Virus record (IMG/VR): IMGVR_UViG_3300037313_001273
Span: 1-27,387 of that record
DNA length: 27,387 bases
Strand: one strand, 5' to 3'
From: a virus
Lineage: Duplodnaviria; Caudoviricetes
The notes under the pieces are model-generated. The model was not told the origin of the DNA. It did not search any database and was given only the letters and a program-made list of their open reading frames with translations. Shown piece by piece: positions 7,448-16,850 of this stretch (position 1 is its first letter; each line of letters begins with the position of its first letter). The position numbers and the translations under genes are program-made.

Positions 7448-8116
7448 ATGAAACAATCGAGCCGAGCCGAGATGGATGCTCCAGATGTACCGCTAATGCG
7501 CGGAGGCCGGAAGATCAGACCTCGTACGTGCGTTGTTTGCTTTCGCGAATTTAAACGCAAGAAGCGCGGTCCCAAGGATCCACTGCTGTGCTGTTCTCGA
7601 GAGTGCGGATTTGTCCTGATGCGCCGTCGTGGCGAACAGAGTCGTTTGGTCACACAGGCGAAAGCTGAATTCGCTAGATGGGCAAGAAGGGCGAAACGTA
7701 GGGCCAAGCGAGAAACCTCCATCCGGCACTGCAGATGCGGCAGCGTGGTCAGCAAATGGTGCAGTTATTGTCCGGCATGTGCTCACCACCGGAGAACGAA
7801 GGCAAATCGGAACTCACCGTCGAGGCGTGCAGATAAAGCCTATCGCAAGGCGCTAAGCAGAGGGTTGGTTTCAGGAGCTGAGCGCTTCGACCCTCTTGAG
7901 GTGCTCGCCCGGGATGGTTGGCGTTGCCACATATGCGGCGTGTCTACGCCAAAGCGGCTGCGCGGAACCTACGACGACCGGGCCCCTGAGTTGGACCACA
8001 TCGTGCCACTAGCTGCGGGTGGTCAGCATACTAGGCTCAACACTGCCTGCGCGTGTCGTCGCTGTAATATTAGGAAATCAAATCAACCGCTCGGTCAGCT
8101 ACGTCTAGTCGCATAG
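7448..8116 (+). CDS. HNH (putative homing) endonuclease with N-terminal Cys clusters
   Basis: RDGWRCHICG..ELDHIVPLAAGGQHT..N..ACRRCN..K; CVVC, CCSREC, CRCG, YCPAC. Confidence 0.85.
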   Translation: MKQSSRAEMDAPDVPLMRGGRKIRPRTCVVCFREFKRKKRGPKDPLLCCSRECGFVLMRRRGEQSRLVTQAKAEFARWARRAKRRAKRETSIRHCRCGSVVSKWCSYCPACAHHRRTKANRNSPSRRADKAYRKALSRGLVSGAERFDPLEVLARDGWRCHICGVSTPKRLRGTYDDRAPELDHIVPLAAGGQHTRLNTACACRRCNIRKSNQPLGQLRLVA

Positions 8117-8200
8117 GCGGGGGGCATGAAAAAATAAAATTCGCGTTGCGCGCTAGGGCGAGCCGCACTCGCACAAAGTTAAATCGTAACAATGCCTTGC
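8117..8200. other. Candidate cos / packaging initiation region
   Basis: GGGGGG followed by an A-tract (CATGAAAAAATAAAATT) in the gap between HNH and terS, where cos usually lies in HK97-like phages. Confidence 0.4.
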
Positions 8201-8226
8201 GCGCGCGTAACAGCCGGAGATCATTC

Positions 8227-8649
8227 ATGGCTCGTAAGTCTGCCGCGGCACTTGCGGTCGTCGGTGGAACAGACATCGACGGACGTCCGAAACCGCCAGA
8301 AGATTTGACTGAATTTCAGCGCGAGGTTTGGGAGCGGACGGTTGCCAATGAGTCGGCGGACATGTTCAGGACCGCTGCGCTTCAGCAGCTACTCAAGGAA
8401 TATTGTCGACACGTTGAGACTGCCGACCGACTGAGCAAGAAGGTCGACCGCGCGACCTGCGAAGGCTCGAACATGCCGTTCCAGGAAGTCGAGGCGCTGA
8501 TCCGGATGAGGGCCCGGGAAACTTCCGCGCTTGCCGACAAGGCGACGAAGCTGCGGCTTACGAATCAGAGCAGGTACACGCCGGGCGCCGCAGCGACAGC
8601 GGCGAAAAACTCGGCTCCGGCGAAGAAGCCTTGGCAAAGCGTGGGCTGA
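8227..8649 (+). CDS. terS: Terminase small subunit
   Basis: RPKPPEDL..W.., LL.EYC, KLRLT.QSR; directly upstream of and overlapping terL. Confidence 0.8.
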   Translation: MARKSAAALAVVGGTDIDGRPKPPEDLTEFQREVWERTVANESADMFRTAALQQLLKEYCRHVETADRLSKKVDRATCEGSNMPFQEVEALIRMRARETSALADKATKLRLTNQSRYTPGAAATAAKNSAPAKKPWQSVG

Positions 8650-10157
8650 CGCGCGGCGAGCGCAACATCCGGTGGATTGAGTCATACTGCCGAATCCCAG
8701 AAGGTAAGGACGTCGGAAAGCCGGTCCGTCTTCGCGATTGGCAGAAGCGGGACATCCGGAAAATCTACGACAACCCCGCTGGCACGCGACGGGGCATCCT
8801 CTCGTTTGGGCGAAAGAACGCAAAAACCACTGAGGCCGCGTTCCTGCTGCTGCTCCATACCTGCGGACCGGAGGCGCGGGTCAATTCGCAGCTGAACAGC
8901 GCGGCGCAGTCGAAGGAACAGGCCGCGATCCTGTTCAAGCTGGCGGCAAAGATCGTGCGCATGTCGCCTGATCTGGCCTCGGTGATCGTCGTTCGGGACA
9001 CGGTGAAGGAGCTTTTCTGCCCCGAACTCGGCACGCTTTACAAGGCGCTGAGCGCAGAAGCGTCGACGGCGTATGGGTTGTCGCCGGTCTTCATCGTTCA
9101 CGATGAGCTCGGTCAGGTCAAAGGTCCGCGATCGGAGCTGTACGATGCGCTCGAGACGGCGGTCGGCGCGCACGACAACCCGCTGTCCATCGTCATTTCG
9201 ACGCAGGCACCGAGCGACGGAGACCTGCTGAGCATCCTGATCGACGATGCGCTCGCAGGCAATGACCCACGCGTCGTTCTATCGCTCTATACGGCGGAGC
9301 AGGATCTCGACCCGTTCGGCGAGAAGGCAATCAAGCAGGCGAACCCCGCATTTGGTGATTTCCTGAACGCCGACGAGGTTCGAGCGATGGCCGAGGACGC
9401 CCGGCGAATGCCGAGCCGCGAGCCGCAGTATCGCAATTTGGTGCTGAACCAACGCGTCGAGATGAGCTCTCCGTTCATTTCGAAGTCGGTGTGGCAGTCG
9501 AACGGCGGTGCGGTTTCGGAGTGGCAGCGTCTGCCGGTCTGGTCAGGACTCGACTTGTCGGCGGTCCATGACCTCACGGCGCACGTGCCGATTTGCTGGG
9601 TCGAGGACGCGTGGGAGGTCAAACCGACGTTCTGGCTTCCGGAAGAAGGGTTGCGGGAGAAATCTCGAACCGACCGGGTGCCATACGACTTATGGGCCAA
9701 GGAGGGCTTTCTCGAAACGACGCCAGGTCGCGCGGTCGAGTACGAGTGGGTCGCGAAGCAGCTCTACGATTTCGAGTTGAAGTACAACTGGCAGAAATGC
9801 GCGTTCGACCGATGGGCGTTCAAACATCTGCGTCCGTGGCTATTGAAGGCTGGATTTTCCGAAGAGCGCCTAGAGGAACTGTTCGTCGAGTTCGGCCAGG
9901 GCTTCCAGTCCATGAGCCCGGCGCTCCGCGATACCGAAGCCGCATTACTCGCCGGCAAGGTGAGGCACGGGAACCACCCTCTCCTGACGATGTGCGCCGC
10001 AAATGCCGTCGTGACCACCGATCCGGCCGGCGGCAGGAAATTGAACAAGGCGAAGTCAGCGACACGCATCGACGGGATGGTCGCGCTCGCTGAAGCCTTC
10101 GGCGTGGCGCCCGACGGGGTAGATGCAGCGCCAAGCTACGAAATGCTCATCATCTGA
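8631..10157 (+). CDS. terL: Terminase large subunit
   Basis: LRDWQ, Walker A GRKNAKT, Walker B FIVHDE, ISTQ, nuclease GLDLS..DLTA, RIDGMVA. Confidence 0.96.
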   Translation: MAKRGLTRGERNIRWIESYCRIPEGKDVGKPVRLRDWQKRDIRKIYDNPAGTRRGILSFGRKNAKTTEAAFLLLLHTCGPEARVNSQLNSAAQSKEQAAILFKLAAKIVRMSPDLASVIVVRDTVKELFCPELGTLYKALSAEASTAYGLSPVFIVHDELGQVKGPRSELYDALETAVGAHDNPLSIVISTQAPSDGDLLSILIDDALAGNDPRVVLSLYTAEQDLDPFGEKAIKQANPAFGDFLNADEVRAMAEDARRMPSREPQYRNLVLNQRVEMSSPFISKSVWQSNGGAVSEWQRLPVWSGLDLSAVHDLTAHVPICWVEDAWEVKPTFWLPEEGLREKSRTDRVPYDLWAKEGFLETTPGRAVEYEWVAKQLYDFELKYNWQKCAFDRWAFKHLRPWLLKAGFSEERLEELFVEFGQGFQSMSPALRDTEAALLAGKVRHGNHPLLTMCAANAVVTTDPAGGRKLNKAKSATRIDGMVALAEAFGVAPDGVDAAPSYEMLII

Positions 10158-10167
10158 AGGAGGCTCC

Positions 10168-10842
10168 ATGCAAAACCGGGCCTATTCGACATTCACGGTC
10201 AAGGCGATCGACGAGGGCCAGCGCACGATCAGCGGCGTTGCGACCACTCCGACAGTCGACCGCGTCGGCGACATCATTGAGCCGCTCGGCGTCCAGTACA
10301 AGAACCCGATGCCATTTCTGTGGCAGCACGACCATGAGTCGCCGGTCGGCACGGTGAATTTCGACAAGCCGACGAAGGACGGAATCACCTTCACGGCGAA
10401 GTTCGTGGACCCGGGCACGGTGGACTCGCCGTCGCTCAAAGACCGCCTTCAAATGGCATGGGACTCGGTGAAGACCGGCTTGGTGCGCGCCGTGTCGATC
10501 GGCTTCCGTCCGATCGAATATGCCTTCATGGAGGACAGCAACGGCATCCGTTTCATCGAGACGGAGGTGTTCGAACTTTCGGGCGTGACCATTCCGGCCA
10601 ACGCCGAGGCGCTGATCTCTGGCGTGAAGAGCCTCTACGGTGCGACAGACATCGACATCATCAAGGCGGTGGACGCCGAGGCCCGCCATGCGGCCGGCGT
10701 CCCCGACCCAGAAATTCCAGAGGCGCCGACGGTACGTGCCGCGCCAGGCAAGAAAACCGTCGTCGTCAAACTGGCTGCACCTGCCCGCGACCGGGCTCCT
10801 TTCGTCATCAAGAAAATCCACCCGGAAAGGAAACGGGCATGA
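10168..10842 (+). CDS. HK97-family prohead maturation protease
   Basis: DRVGDII, LWQHDH..PVG, VSIGF, ELSGVTIPAN; AGGAGG RBS. Confidence 0.93.
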   Translation: MQNRAYSTFTVKAIDEGQRTISGVATTPTVDRVGDIIEPLGVQYKNPMPFLWQHDHESPVGTVNFDKPTKDGITFTAKFVDPGTVDSPSLKDRLQMAWDSVKTGLVRAVSIGFRPIEYAFMEDSNGIRFIETEVFELSGVTIPANAEALISGVKSLYGATDIDIIKAVDAEARHAAGVPDPEIPEAPTVRAAPGKKTVVVKLAAPARDRAPFVIKKIHPERKRA

Positions 10843-12278
10843 ACTACGCAGAGCAGATCGCTGCTTTCACCGAGCAGCGCGCGGCCAAGGCCGCACAGCA
10901 GAAGTCGATCATGGATGCGGCGGCAGAGAAGGGCGAAACGCTCGACGAGGCGCAGCAGGAAGAGTTTGACAACCTTCAGACCGAGATCGAAGCGATCGAC
11001 GGCCACCTCAAGCGGCTCCAGCAGGTCGAGAAGTCTGTCGGAACAGCGCTCGCCGCCCCTGTGAACGGCAAGTCGAGCGAGGAAGGCGGCGCTTCCCGCG
11101 AAGGCAAGATCGTCGTCAAGGCTCCAGAAAAACTCGAGAAGGGCATCGCATTTGCTCGCATCGTGAAGTCTCTCGGCGCCGCCAAGGGCGATACCGGCCG
11201 CGCGATCCGCATCGCCGAACAGCGCTACGGCGCCGACAGCGATGCCGTTGGTGTTCTCAAGGCGATCGACCTCAGGGGAACCGACAAGCTCGCGTTCGAT
11301 GGCTTTGAGTCCGTCCAGAAGGCCAGCGTGGTCGCCGGCTCGGCGATCTCCGGCGACTGGGCCGCGGACTTGGTTCTCACCGAGGGCGGCACGTTCGCCG
11401 ACTTCGCTGAGTTTCTCCGTCCGCAGACCGTGCTGGGCAAGCTCAATCTCCGCCGAATCCCCTTCGACACCGCTGTCGGAATTTCGACCAGCGCTGGCGG
11501 CGGCGGATGGGTCGGGGAAGGCAAGCCGAAGCCACTGACCTCGTTCAACTTCGACAAGTCCACGCTGCCGCCGCTCAAGTGCGCGAACATCGTGGTTCTG
11601 ACCGAGGACTTGCTTCGTCGTGAATCGTACAGCGCGGAGACGCTGGTTCGCGACGAGATGGCGAACGCGCTCACCCAGATGATCGACACGGACTTCCTCG
11701 ATCCGGCCAACGCCGGCTCGGCGGGCGTAAAGCCGGCGTCGATCACGAATGGCGCGCCTCACGGTGCGGCTTCGGGTACGGGCGACGCTTCGGACATCAG
11801 AGCCGACCTTCGTTCGCTGATCAACGAGTTCGTCGTGGCCAACCAACAGGGAAGCCAGATCGTCCTCATCATGCGCGCGACCGATGCTCTCGCGGCCGGG
11901 ATGCTCGTCAATGCCCTCGGCCAGCCGGAGTTTCCGAACATCAGCATGGGCGGAGGTTCACTCTTCCCCGGGCTCGATGTCGTCACCTCTCAGGTCGTGC
12001 CGTCGGGAACGGTCATCGCGCTTCAGCCGAGCGAGGTTTATCTCGGCGATGACGGCGGGTTCATGGTCGACGTCAGCCGCGAAGCCTCTCTGCAGATGCT
12101 CGATAATCCGACGAACGATGTCGCGACTCCTACCGCGACGAGCCTCGTCTCGCTGTGGCAGAACAACGCCGTCGGCTTCCGCTGCGAGCGCGTTCTGAAC
12201 TGGGCCAAGCGGCGCACGACCGCGGTTGCCTATCTCACCGGCAACGTGTGGGGCGGTTCGGTCAACGATCTGAGCTAA
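10839..12278 (+). CDS. HK97-fold major capsid protein with N-terminal coiled-coil delta domain
   Basis: WVGEGKPKP..F, PASITNG, SLWQNN..FRCER..W..RR..AVA; ATGA overlap with the protease. Confidence 0.95.
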   Translation: MNYAEQIAAFTEQRAAKAAQQKSIMDAAAEKGETLDEAQQEEFDNLQTEIEAIDGHLKRLQQVEKSVGTALAAPVNGKSSEEGGASREGKIVVKAPEKLEKGIAFARIVKSLGAAKGDTGRAIRIAEQRYGADSDAVGVLKAIDLRGTDKLAFDGFESVQKASVVAGSAISGDWAADLVLTEGGTFADFAEFLRPQTVLGKLNLRRIPFDTAVGISTSAGGGGWVGEGKPKPLTSFNFDKSTLPPLKCANIVVLTEDLLRRESYSAETLVRDEMANALTQMIDTDFLDPANAGSAGVKPASITNGAPHGAASGTGDASDIRADLRSLINEFVVANQQGSQIVLIMRATDALAAGMLVNALGQPEFPNISMGGGSLFPGLDVVTSQVVPSGTVIALQPSEVYLGDDGGFMVDVSREASLQMLDNPTNDVATPTATSLVSLWQNNAVGFRCERVLNWAKRRTTAVAYLTGNVWGGSVNDLS

Positions 12279-12294
12279 GTCCCCCGGGCTCAGC

Positions 12295-12328
12295 GGGGCG
12301 GTCCTCTCAACTGGGCCGCCCCATTTTT
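12295..12328 (+). terminator. Rho-independent terminator after the capsid gene
   Basis: GGGGCGGTCC-TCTCAACT-GGGCCGCCCC followed by ATTTTT. Confidence 0.7.
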
Positions 12329-12342
12329 CCAGGAGTGAAGGC

Positions 12343-12609
12343 ATGGCGACGAAGCAGTTCTACGCCACCGGCGATTTCAAATATGGCACTCGGATGCTGC
12401 GCGCCGGCGATGGGCCGTTCCCGATGGATGGTCCGACCGCGCGATTGTTCGCTGCGCTCGGCAAGATTTCAGCGGAAAAGCCAAAGGCCGCGAAGGCTGA
12501 CGCAGAAGAGCCGACCAAGGACGCAATTCCGGCGATGACCACGCAGAATACTGGTAAGCCGAAAGCGCAGCGCACTCCCCGCAAGAGGGTGGCAAAGAAG
12601 GCGAAGTGA
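12343..12609 (+). CDS. Small basic head-associated hypothetical protein (88 aa)
   Basis: AGGAG RBS; position after the capsid gene; Lys/Ala-rich tail. Confidence 0.75.
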   Translation: MATKQFYATGDFKYGTRMLRAGDGPFPMDGPTARLFAALGKISAEKPKAAKADAEEPTKDAIPAMTTQNTGKPKAQRTPRKRVAKKAK

Positions 12610-13184
12610 GCGGATCTCTCGCTTTCCGAAAGAACGAAGACGCGATTCGGGCCGGCGACGTCCCGGACAAGTACGCGCGGCTGCTTCCGTTCATCACGGG
12701 GCAGCGGATCATCGAAATAGGCTCGGCCGAGGGCGTGCTCGCGCTTTTGCTCGCCAGCCAGGGCAAGGACGTGACCGCGCTCGAAAAGAGCGAGGAGCGG
12801 CACCGGACTGCAAGCAAGCTTTATTCGGAATGGCTGGCGCGGGAGAAGCGCTTCCAACCGCCGCATTTCGTGAATGGCTGCATTCAGGACAACCTCGGCT
12901 TGCTCGAGAACAAGGACACGCTCGTTGCCGTGCGGGTGATCTATTATCTCGCCGGCCAGCTGAACACGGTCTTTGCCGAAGTGGCGAAGAAGGTGCCGAG
13001 GGTCGTCCTCTGCGGCAACAAAAACCGAGCAGCACGATGGCGAGCAGGACGGCCGGACGAGCCGCTTGGGGATATGAACCGATACGCCGCGCGCGAGGGC
13101 ATGACTGAGCTGCTGACGCGGCACGGCTACAGGATCACGCAGACGGTTACGGAAGGCGATGAGATCGTCGTCGGCGAGCGGTGA
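12606..13184 (+). CDS. Class I SAM-dependent methyltransferase
   Basis: Motif I RIIEIGSAEG, post-I VTALE, DTLVAVRVIYY. Confidence 0.8.
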   Translation: MSGSLAFRKNEDAIRAGDVPDKYARLLPFITGQRIIEIGSAEGVLALLLASQGKDVTALEKSEERHRTASKLYSEWLAREKRFQPPHFVNGCIQDNLGLLENKDTLVAVRVIYYLAGQLNTVFAEVAKKVPRVVLCGNKNRAARWRAGRPDEPLGDMNRYAAREGMTELLTRHGYRITQTVTEGDEIVVGER

Positions 13185-13642
13185 TTTGGGTCGACCCGGC
13201 ACTCATTCGCTTCAAGATCAGCCCGCACGATGATTTGAGAGGCGAAGCCGGCGGCGACTGGGATATTGACCGCCGCTATCCGCTCGCCGGAGCAGTGAAG
13301 CATCGCGCGATCGCTCAGCGCTACCGGAATGGCCTCAAGTGGGAAGAAACGGACCTGTTCCGCGACATCTATGCCCGCCGGATCGCCGAAGAGCCGGTCC
13401 GCGGCGAAGCGACCATGCAGGGCCTGCTGGAGCAGTATTACGACCGCGTCGACCAGCTGTTCGATCAGCTGCGGCGCAACGGTTTCCAGGACTGCCACCC
13501 GCTTCCGGTGCTGCTCATAGGGCGAGACGGCGAAGTCTTCATCGGCAACCAGGGCAATCATCGGCTCGCAATGGCGCAGGTGATCGGGCTCGACCGCATC
13601 GCGGGGGAAGTGATTTGCAGGCACAAGGAGAACAGGACGTGA
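13181..13642 (+). CDS. ParB/Srx-fold protein lacking an HTH
   Basis: LRRNGF..P.LLIGRDGEVFIGNQGNHRLAMA resembles the ParB/Srx GxHR signature. Confidence 0.6.
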   Translation: MIWVDPALIRFKISPHDDLRGEAGGDWDIDRRYPLAGAVKHRAIAQRYRNGLKWEETDLFRDIYARRIAEEPVRGEATMQGLLEQYYDRVDQLFDQLRRNGFQDCHPLPVLLIGRDGEVFIGNQGNHRLAMAQVIGLDRIAGEVICRHKENRT

Positions 13643-13851
13643 TTGATCCTGAGAAATTCGAGAAGCTCGCTGGAAAGATGAGAAATACCGCGCGGTTGGC
13701 ATCGGTAGCCAAGATCGCATCCGTCCACGCGGAAGAGGAGCGCCAAAGGGCTAAAATCAAGGCTGCGGCCGCACAGGCGGAGTTCGACAAATACGTTTCC
13801 GAGTGTGCCAAGGCGGACGAAATGCCGAACCTCCTGCACGAAGGCGTCTGA
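13639..13851 (+). CDS. Small helical hypothetical protein (70 aa)
   Basis: AAGGAG RBS; GTGA overlap with the previous gene. Confidence 0.65.
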   Translation: MIDPEKFEKLAGKMRNTARLASVAKIASVHAEEERQRAKIKAAAAQAEFDKYVSECAKADEMPNLLHEGV

Positions 13852-13852
13852 C

Positions 13853-14788
13853 TTGCAGACACAAGTGCTTGAGCGTGGTCTAACGGGCGTTCCGCCGATT
13901 CCGGCGATGACTACTGACGCCGAGCGCGAATGCTACTACCGGCTCGCGAAGGAAGCGGCGGCCAGCGGCGCAATCGTTGAGCTCGGTGCATGGATGGGGG
14001 CCTCGACCGCGTACATAGCTGCCGGCATTCGCGACAGCGGTGTTAGTGCCAAGGCGCATGTCTACGACCAGTTCATTTCGAAGGCCGGGCACATCGAGAA
14101 GGTCAAAGCCTTCTACGACAAGAACGGCATCGACGCCGTTCCGGTTGGACCATCGCTTGAGGCGTTCAAGTCGAACCTCGGCCCACTGATACGGTTCGTC
14201 GAGCCGCATCAGGGCAAGATCGAGCAGATGCAGTGGGGCGATGAGCCTATTTCCCTCCTGATCACGGACGCGCCGAAGCGAGTTCCCGCAATTTCCGCCG
14301 TGTTGACGAAGCTGCGCCATGCTCTGAGGCCGGGCGCCATCATGGCGTGGCAGGATTTTTGCCACTTCCCGAGCTACGAGATTCCAGCCTGCCTCTATCG
14401 GCTGCGCGAGCATCTGGAATATCGGACCGAGGCCATCGTTCCCGGCACTACGCTCGTCTTCACCTTGAAGACGCAGTGGTCGTCGGAAGAGGTTTCGCTT
14501 GACACGCTAGCGCTGAGCCGCTGGGCGCCGGCCGAGATCAGTAAGGTCTACGAGCACTGGCAGTTCCATGTTCCGGCTGAGAAGCAGCCGCTCTTCGATT
14601 GCGGCGGTGCAATGTTCCTTTGCGACATTGGCTTCCCGGAAAATGCTGTTGAGTGGCTCGCCTGGGTCCATCGTGATCACGCCGACGCAATCCTGCCGAA
14701 GTGGCGCTACCTGAAGGCGCAACGCCCCGACTTTCGCACCCGCTACAAGCCGCTGTTCGATTATCTGGAAAGCCAAGGCGCCCTCTAG
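13853..14788 (+). CDS. Class I SAM-dependent methyltransferase (Methyltransf_24-like)
   Basis: IVELGAWMGAST, HVYDQF, LLITDA, LRPGAIMAWQDF; start codon uncertain (13853 TTG or 13865 GTG). Confidence 0.8.
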   Translation: MQTQVLERGLTGVPPIPAMTTDAERECYYRLAKEAAASGAIVELGAWMGASTAYIAAGIRDSGVSAKAHVYDQFISKAGHIEKVKAFYDKNGIDAVPVGPSLEAFKSNLGPLIRFVEPHQGKIEQMQWGDEPISLLITDAPKRVPAISAVLTKLRHALRPGAIMAWQDFCHFPSYEIPACLYRLREHLEYRTEAIVPGTTLVFTLKTQWSSEEVSLDTLALSRWAPAEISKVYEHWQFHVPAEKQPLFDCGGAMFLCDIGFPENAVEWLAWVHRDHADAILPKWRYLKAQRPDFRTRYKPLFDYLESQGAL

Positions 14789-15492
14789 TGCTCACGCTGG
14801 TGTCGTGGCTGTGGAATCAGCCGCAAGGCCGCGTCCGCTATCGGCCAGAGCATGTGTGGATCTGGGCCTCGATGGTAGAGCGCAACCTGTCCATGCGGCA
14901 CCGGCTCATTTGCGTCACAACCGAGACTGATTTGCCGCCGAAGGTCGAGCGCATCGACCCGCCGGGCGAATTCGAGGACATTCAACCGAAATGGGGCCCG
15001 CGGAAGCCGAACTGCTTTCGGCGCTTGGTGATGTTCCGCAGCGATGCGGCAAAGACATTCGGACGCCGATTCGTGAGCATGGACCTCGATTGCATAATCG
15101 GTGGGCCACTCGATCCGCTGTTCGCACGCGAAGAAGAGTTCGTGATTTTCGAAGGCACGCATCCAAGCCGCCCGTACAACGGCTCGCTGATGATGCTCAC
15201 AGCCGGCGCTCGGCCGCAAGTTTATGAGCAATTCGACCAAGCCGGCGCAGACGCGTCGGGCGAACAGTTTCACGGATCTGATCAGGCGTGGCTGGCTCAT
15301 GTGCTTGGGCCGAACGAAGCGACCTGGACCGAGGCTGACGGCGTTTGGCACCTGCAGCGCTATCTGCAGCGAGCCCGGAAGGCCCAGCCGACGATCCTGT
15401 TCTTTCCCGGACGGCGGAAGCCGTGGGAGCTCGCTCCGATCTTTCCGTACATGAAGCGGCATTACCGCATCGCAGAGAGGGAGGCCGCGTAG
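14788..15492 (+). CDS. GT-A fold glycosyltransferase
   Basis: RLICVT, DxD motif FVSMDLDCII.G.LD, YNGSLM, SDQAW, ILFFPGRRKPW. Confidence 0.8.
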   Translation: MLTLVSWLWNQPQGRVRYRPEHVWIWASMVERNLSMRHRLICVTTETDLPPKVERIDPPGEFEDIQPKWGPRKPNCFRRLVMFRSDAAKTFGRRFVSMDLDCIIGGPLDPLFAREEEFVIFEGTHPSRPYNGSLMMLTAGARPQVYEQFDQAGADASGEQFHGSDQAWLAHVLGPNEATWTEADGVWHLQRYLQRARKAQPTILFFPGRRKPWELAPIFPYMKRHYRIAEREAA

Positions 15493-16850
15493 TGGAGATA
15501 TTCGGCCTTTCGATCACGAGGCACCAAAAGACGCTATCGCCTCCTGACAGCCGCGGTTCGTGGTGGCCCATCGTGCGCGAGCCGTTCGCCGGTGCATGGC
15601 AGAAGAACGAAGAGCTGAGCAACGACGCCCAGATGGCGTTCTTCGCCAATTTCGCCTGCCACACTCTGATTTGCTCCGACATATCGAAAAACCGTATCAG
15701 GCTCGTGGCCCAGAATGGGCAGGTGTGGCAGGAAACGAGCAACTCTGCCTTTTCACCCGTGCTGCGAAAGCCGAACTCGTTTCAGAATCGCATCCAGTTC
15801 CTCGAGAATTGGGTCACGTCGAAGCTGTCGCGCGGCAATACCTACGTGTTCAAACAGCGCGATGGCCGCGGCGTCGTTGTTGGCCTTTATGTCCTCAACC
15901 CTGATCGCGTGCAGCCGCTCGTGAGCGATGACGGGCAAGTCTTTTATCGACTCAATAAGGATAATCTCGCCGGGATTGAGGATGCGGGCATTGTCGTTCC
16001 GGCTCGCGAGATCATCCACGACCGATTCAATCCTCTGTTTCATCCGCTCGTCGGCATCTCGCCTCTCTATGCGGCGGCGCTGGCGGCGACGCAGGGCACG
16101 AACATTCAGCGCTCAAGTGCACGCCTCGCTTCGAACGGTGTGCGCCCGGGCGGCATTCTCACCGCCCCGGGCAATGTCGATCCTGAGAACGCCAAGCGGC
16201 TGAAGGAAACGTGGGAAACGCAATACGCTGGCCCGCAAGCCGCTGCGAAGATCGCGATCCTCGGCGACGGCCTTTCGTTCCAGTCGCTCACGATGACCGC
16301 CGACGACGCGCAACTCATCGAGCAGCTGAAGTTCACGGCCGAGATGATCTGTTCGGTGTATCATGTGCCGCCGTACAAGATCGGCGTGGGGGCGCTGCCG
16401 AGCTACAACAACGTCCAAGCGCTGAACGTCGAATACTTCAGCCAGTGCCTGCAGAAGCACATCGAGGACATTGAGCTTTGCCTCGACGAGGGGCTCGGCA
16501 TTGGCGAGGGCGTCAGTGTCGGTGGCCAGACTTACGGCACCGAGATCGACGTCGACAATCTCCTTCGCATGGACAGCTCGACCCTCATGGACGTGCTGGA
16601 CAAGGGCAAGAACTACTTCACGCCTGACGAGGGCCGCGCGAAAATCGGCTATGGGCCGACGCCTGGTGGAGATGCGGTCTATCGCCAGCAGCAGGATTAT
16701 TCGCTTGAGGCGCTCGCGAAGCGTGATGCGCAGGCCGATCCGTTCGGCAAAGCTGCTCCGCCAGCGCCAGACGCAAACGCCGCCAACGACAACGCAGCGG
16801 CCGCCCAGCGTGCGCTCGCCTTGGCAACGATCGCGAAGGGACTCTCCTGA
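15492..16850 (+). CDS. HK97-family portal protein
   Basis: KPNSFQ, GNTY, LNPDRV, EIIHDR..GISP, PGGIL, ICSVYHVPPYKIG. Confidence 0.95.
   Translation: MEIFGLSITRHQKTLSPPDSRGSWWPIVREPFAGAWQKNEELSNDAQMAFFANFACHTLICSDISKNRIRLVAQNGQVWQETSNSAFSPVLRKPNSFQNRIQFLENWVTSKLSRGNTYVFKQRDGRGVVVGLYVLNPDRVQPLVSDDGQVFYRLNKDNLAGIEDAGIVVPAREIIHDRFNPLFHPLVGISPLYAAALAATQGTNIQRSSARLASNGVRPGGILTAPGNVDPENAKRLKETWETQYAGPQAAAKIAILGDGLSFQSLTMTADDAQLIEQLKFTAEMICSVYHVPPYKIGVGALPSYNNVQALNVEYFSQCLQKHIEDIELCLDEGLGIGEGVSVGGQTYGTEIDVDNLLRMDSSTLMDVLDKGKNYFTPDEGRAKIGYGPTPGGDAVYRQQQDYSLEALAKRDAQADPFGKAAPPAPDANAANDNAAAAQRALALATIAKGLS

Noticed and set aside
8808-8828. TerL Walker A GRKNAKT with Ala in place of Gly
   Set aside because: Other motifs are intact; probably a tolerated family variant rather than inactivation
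10458-10838. N-terminal extension of the 606-aa capsid ORF, suggesting a protease-capsid fusion
   Set aside because: Extension is an off-frame reading of the protease gene; an ATGA overlap with an RBS at 10839 gives the real start; no slippery site seen
10635-11846. Long antisense ORFs (403 aa here, similar ones elsewhere)
   Set aside because: Shadow frames of GC-rich coding genes with no motifs or RBS
13181-13642. ParB as a plasmid-prophage partition system
   Set aside because: No HTH, no parA and no parS repeats; only the NTP-binding-like motif is present
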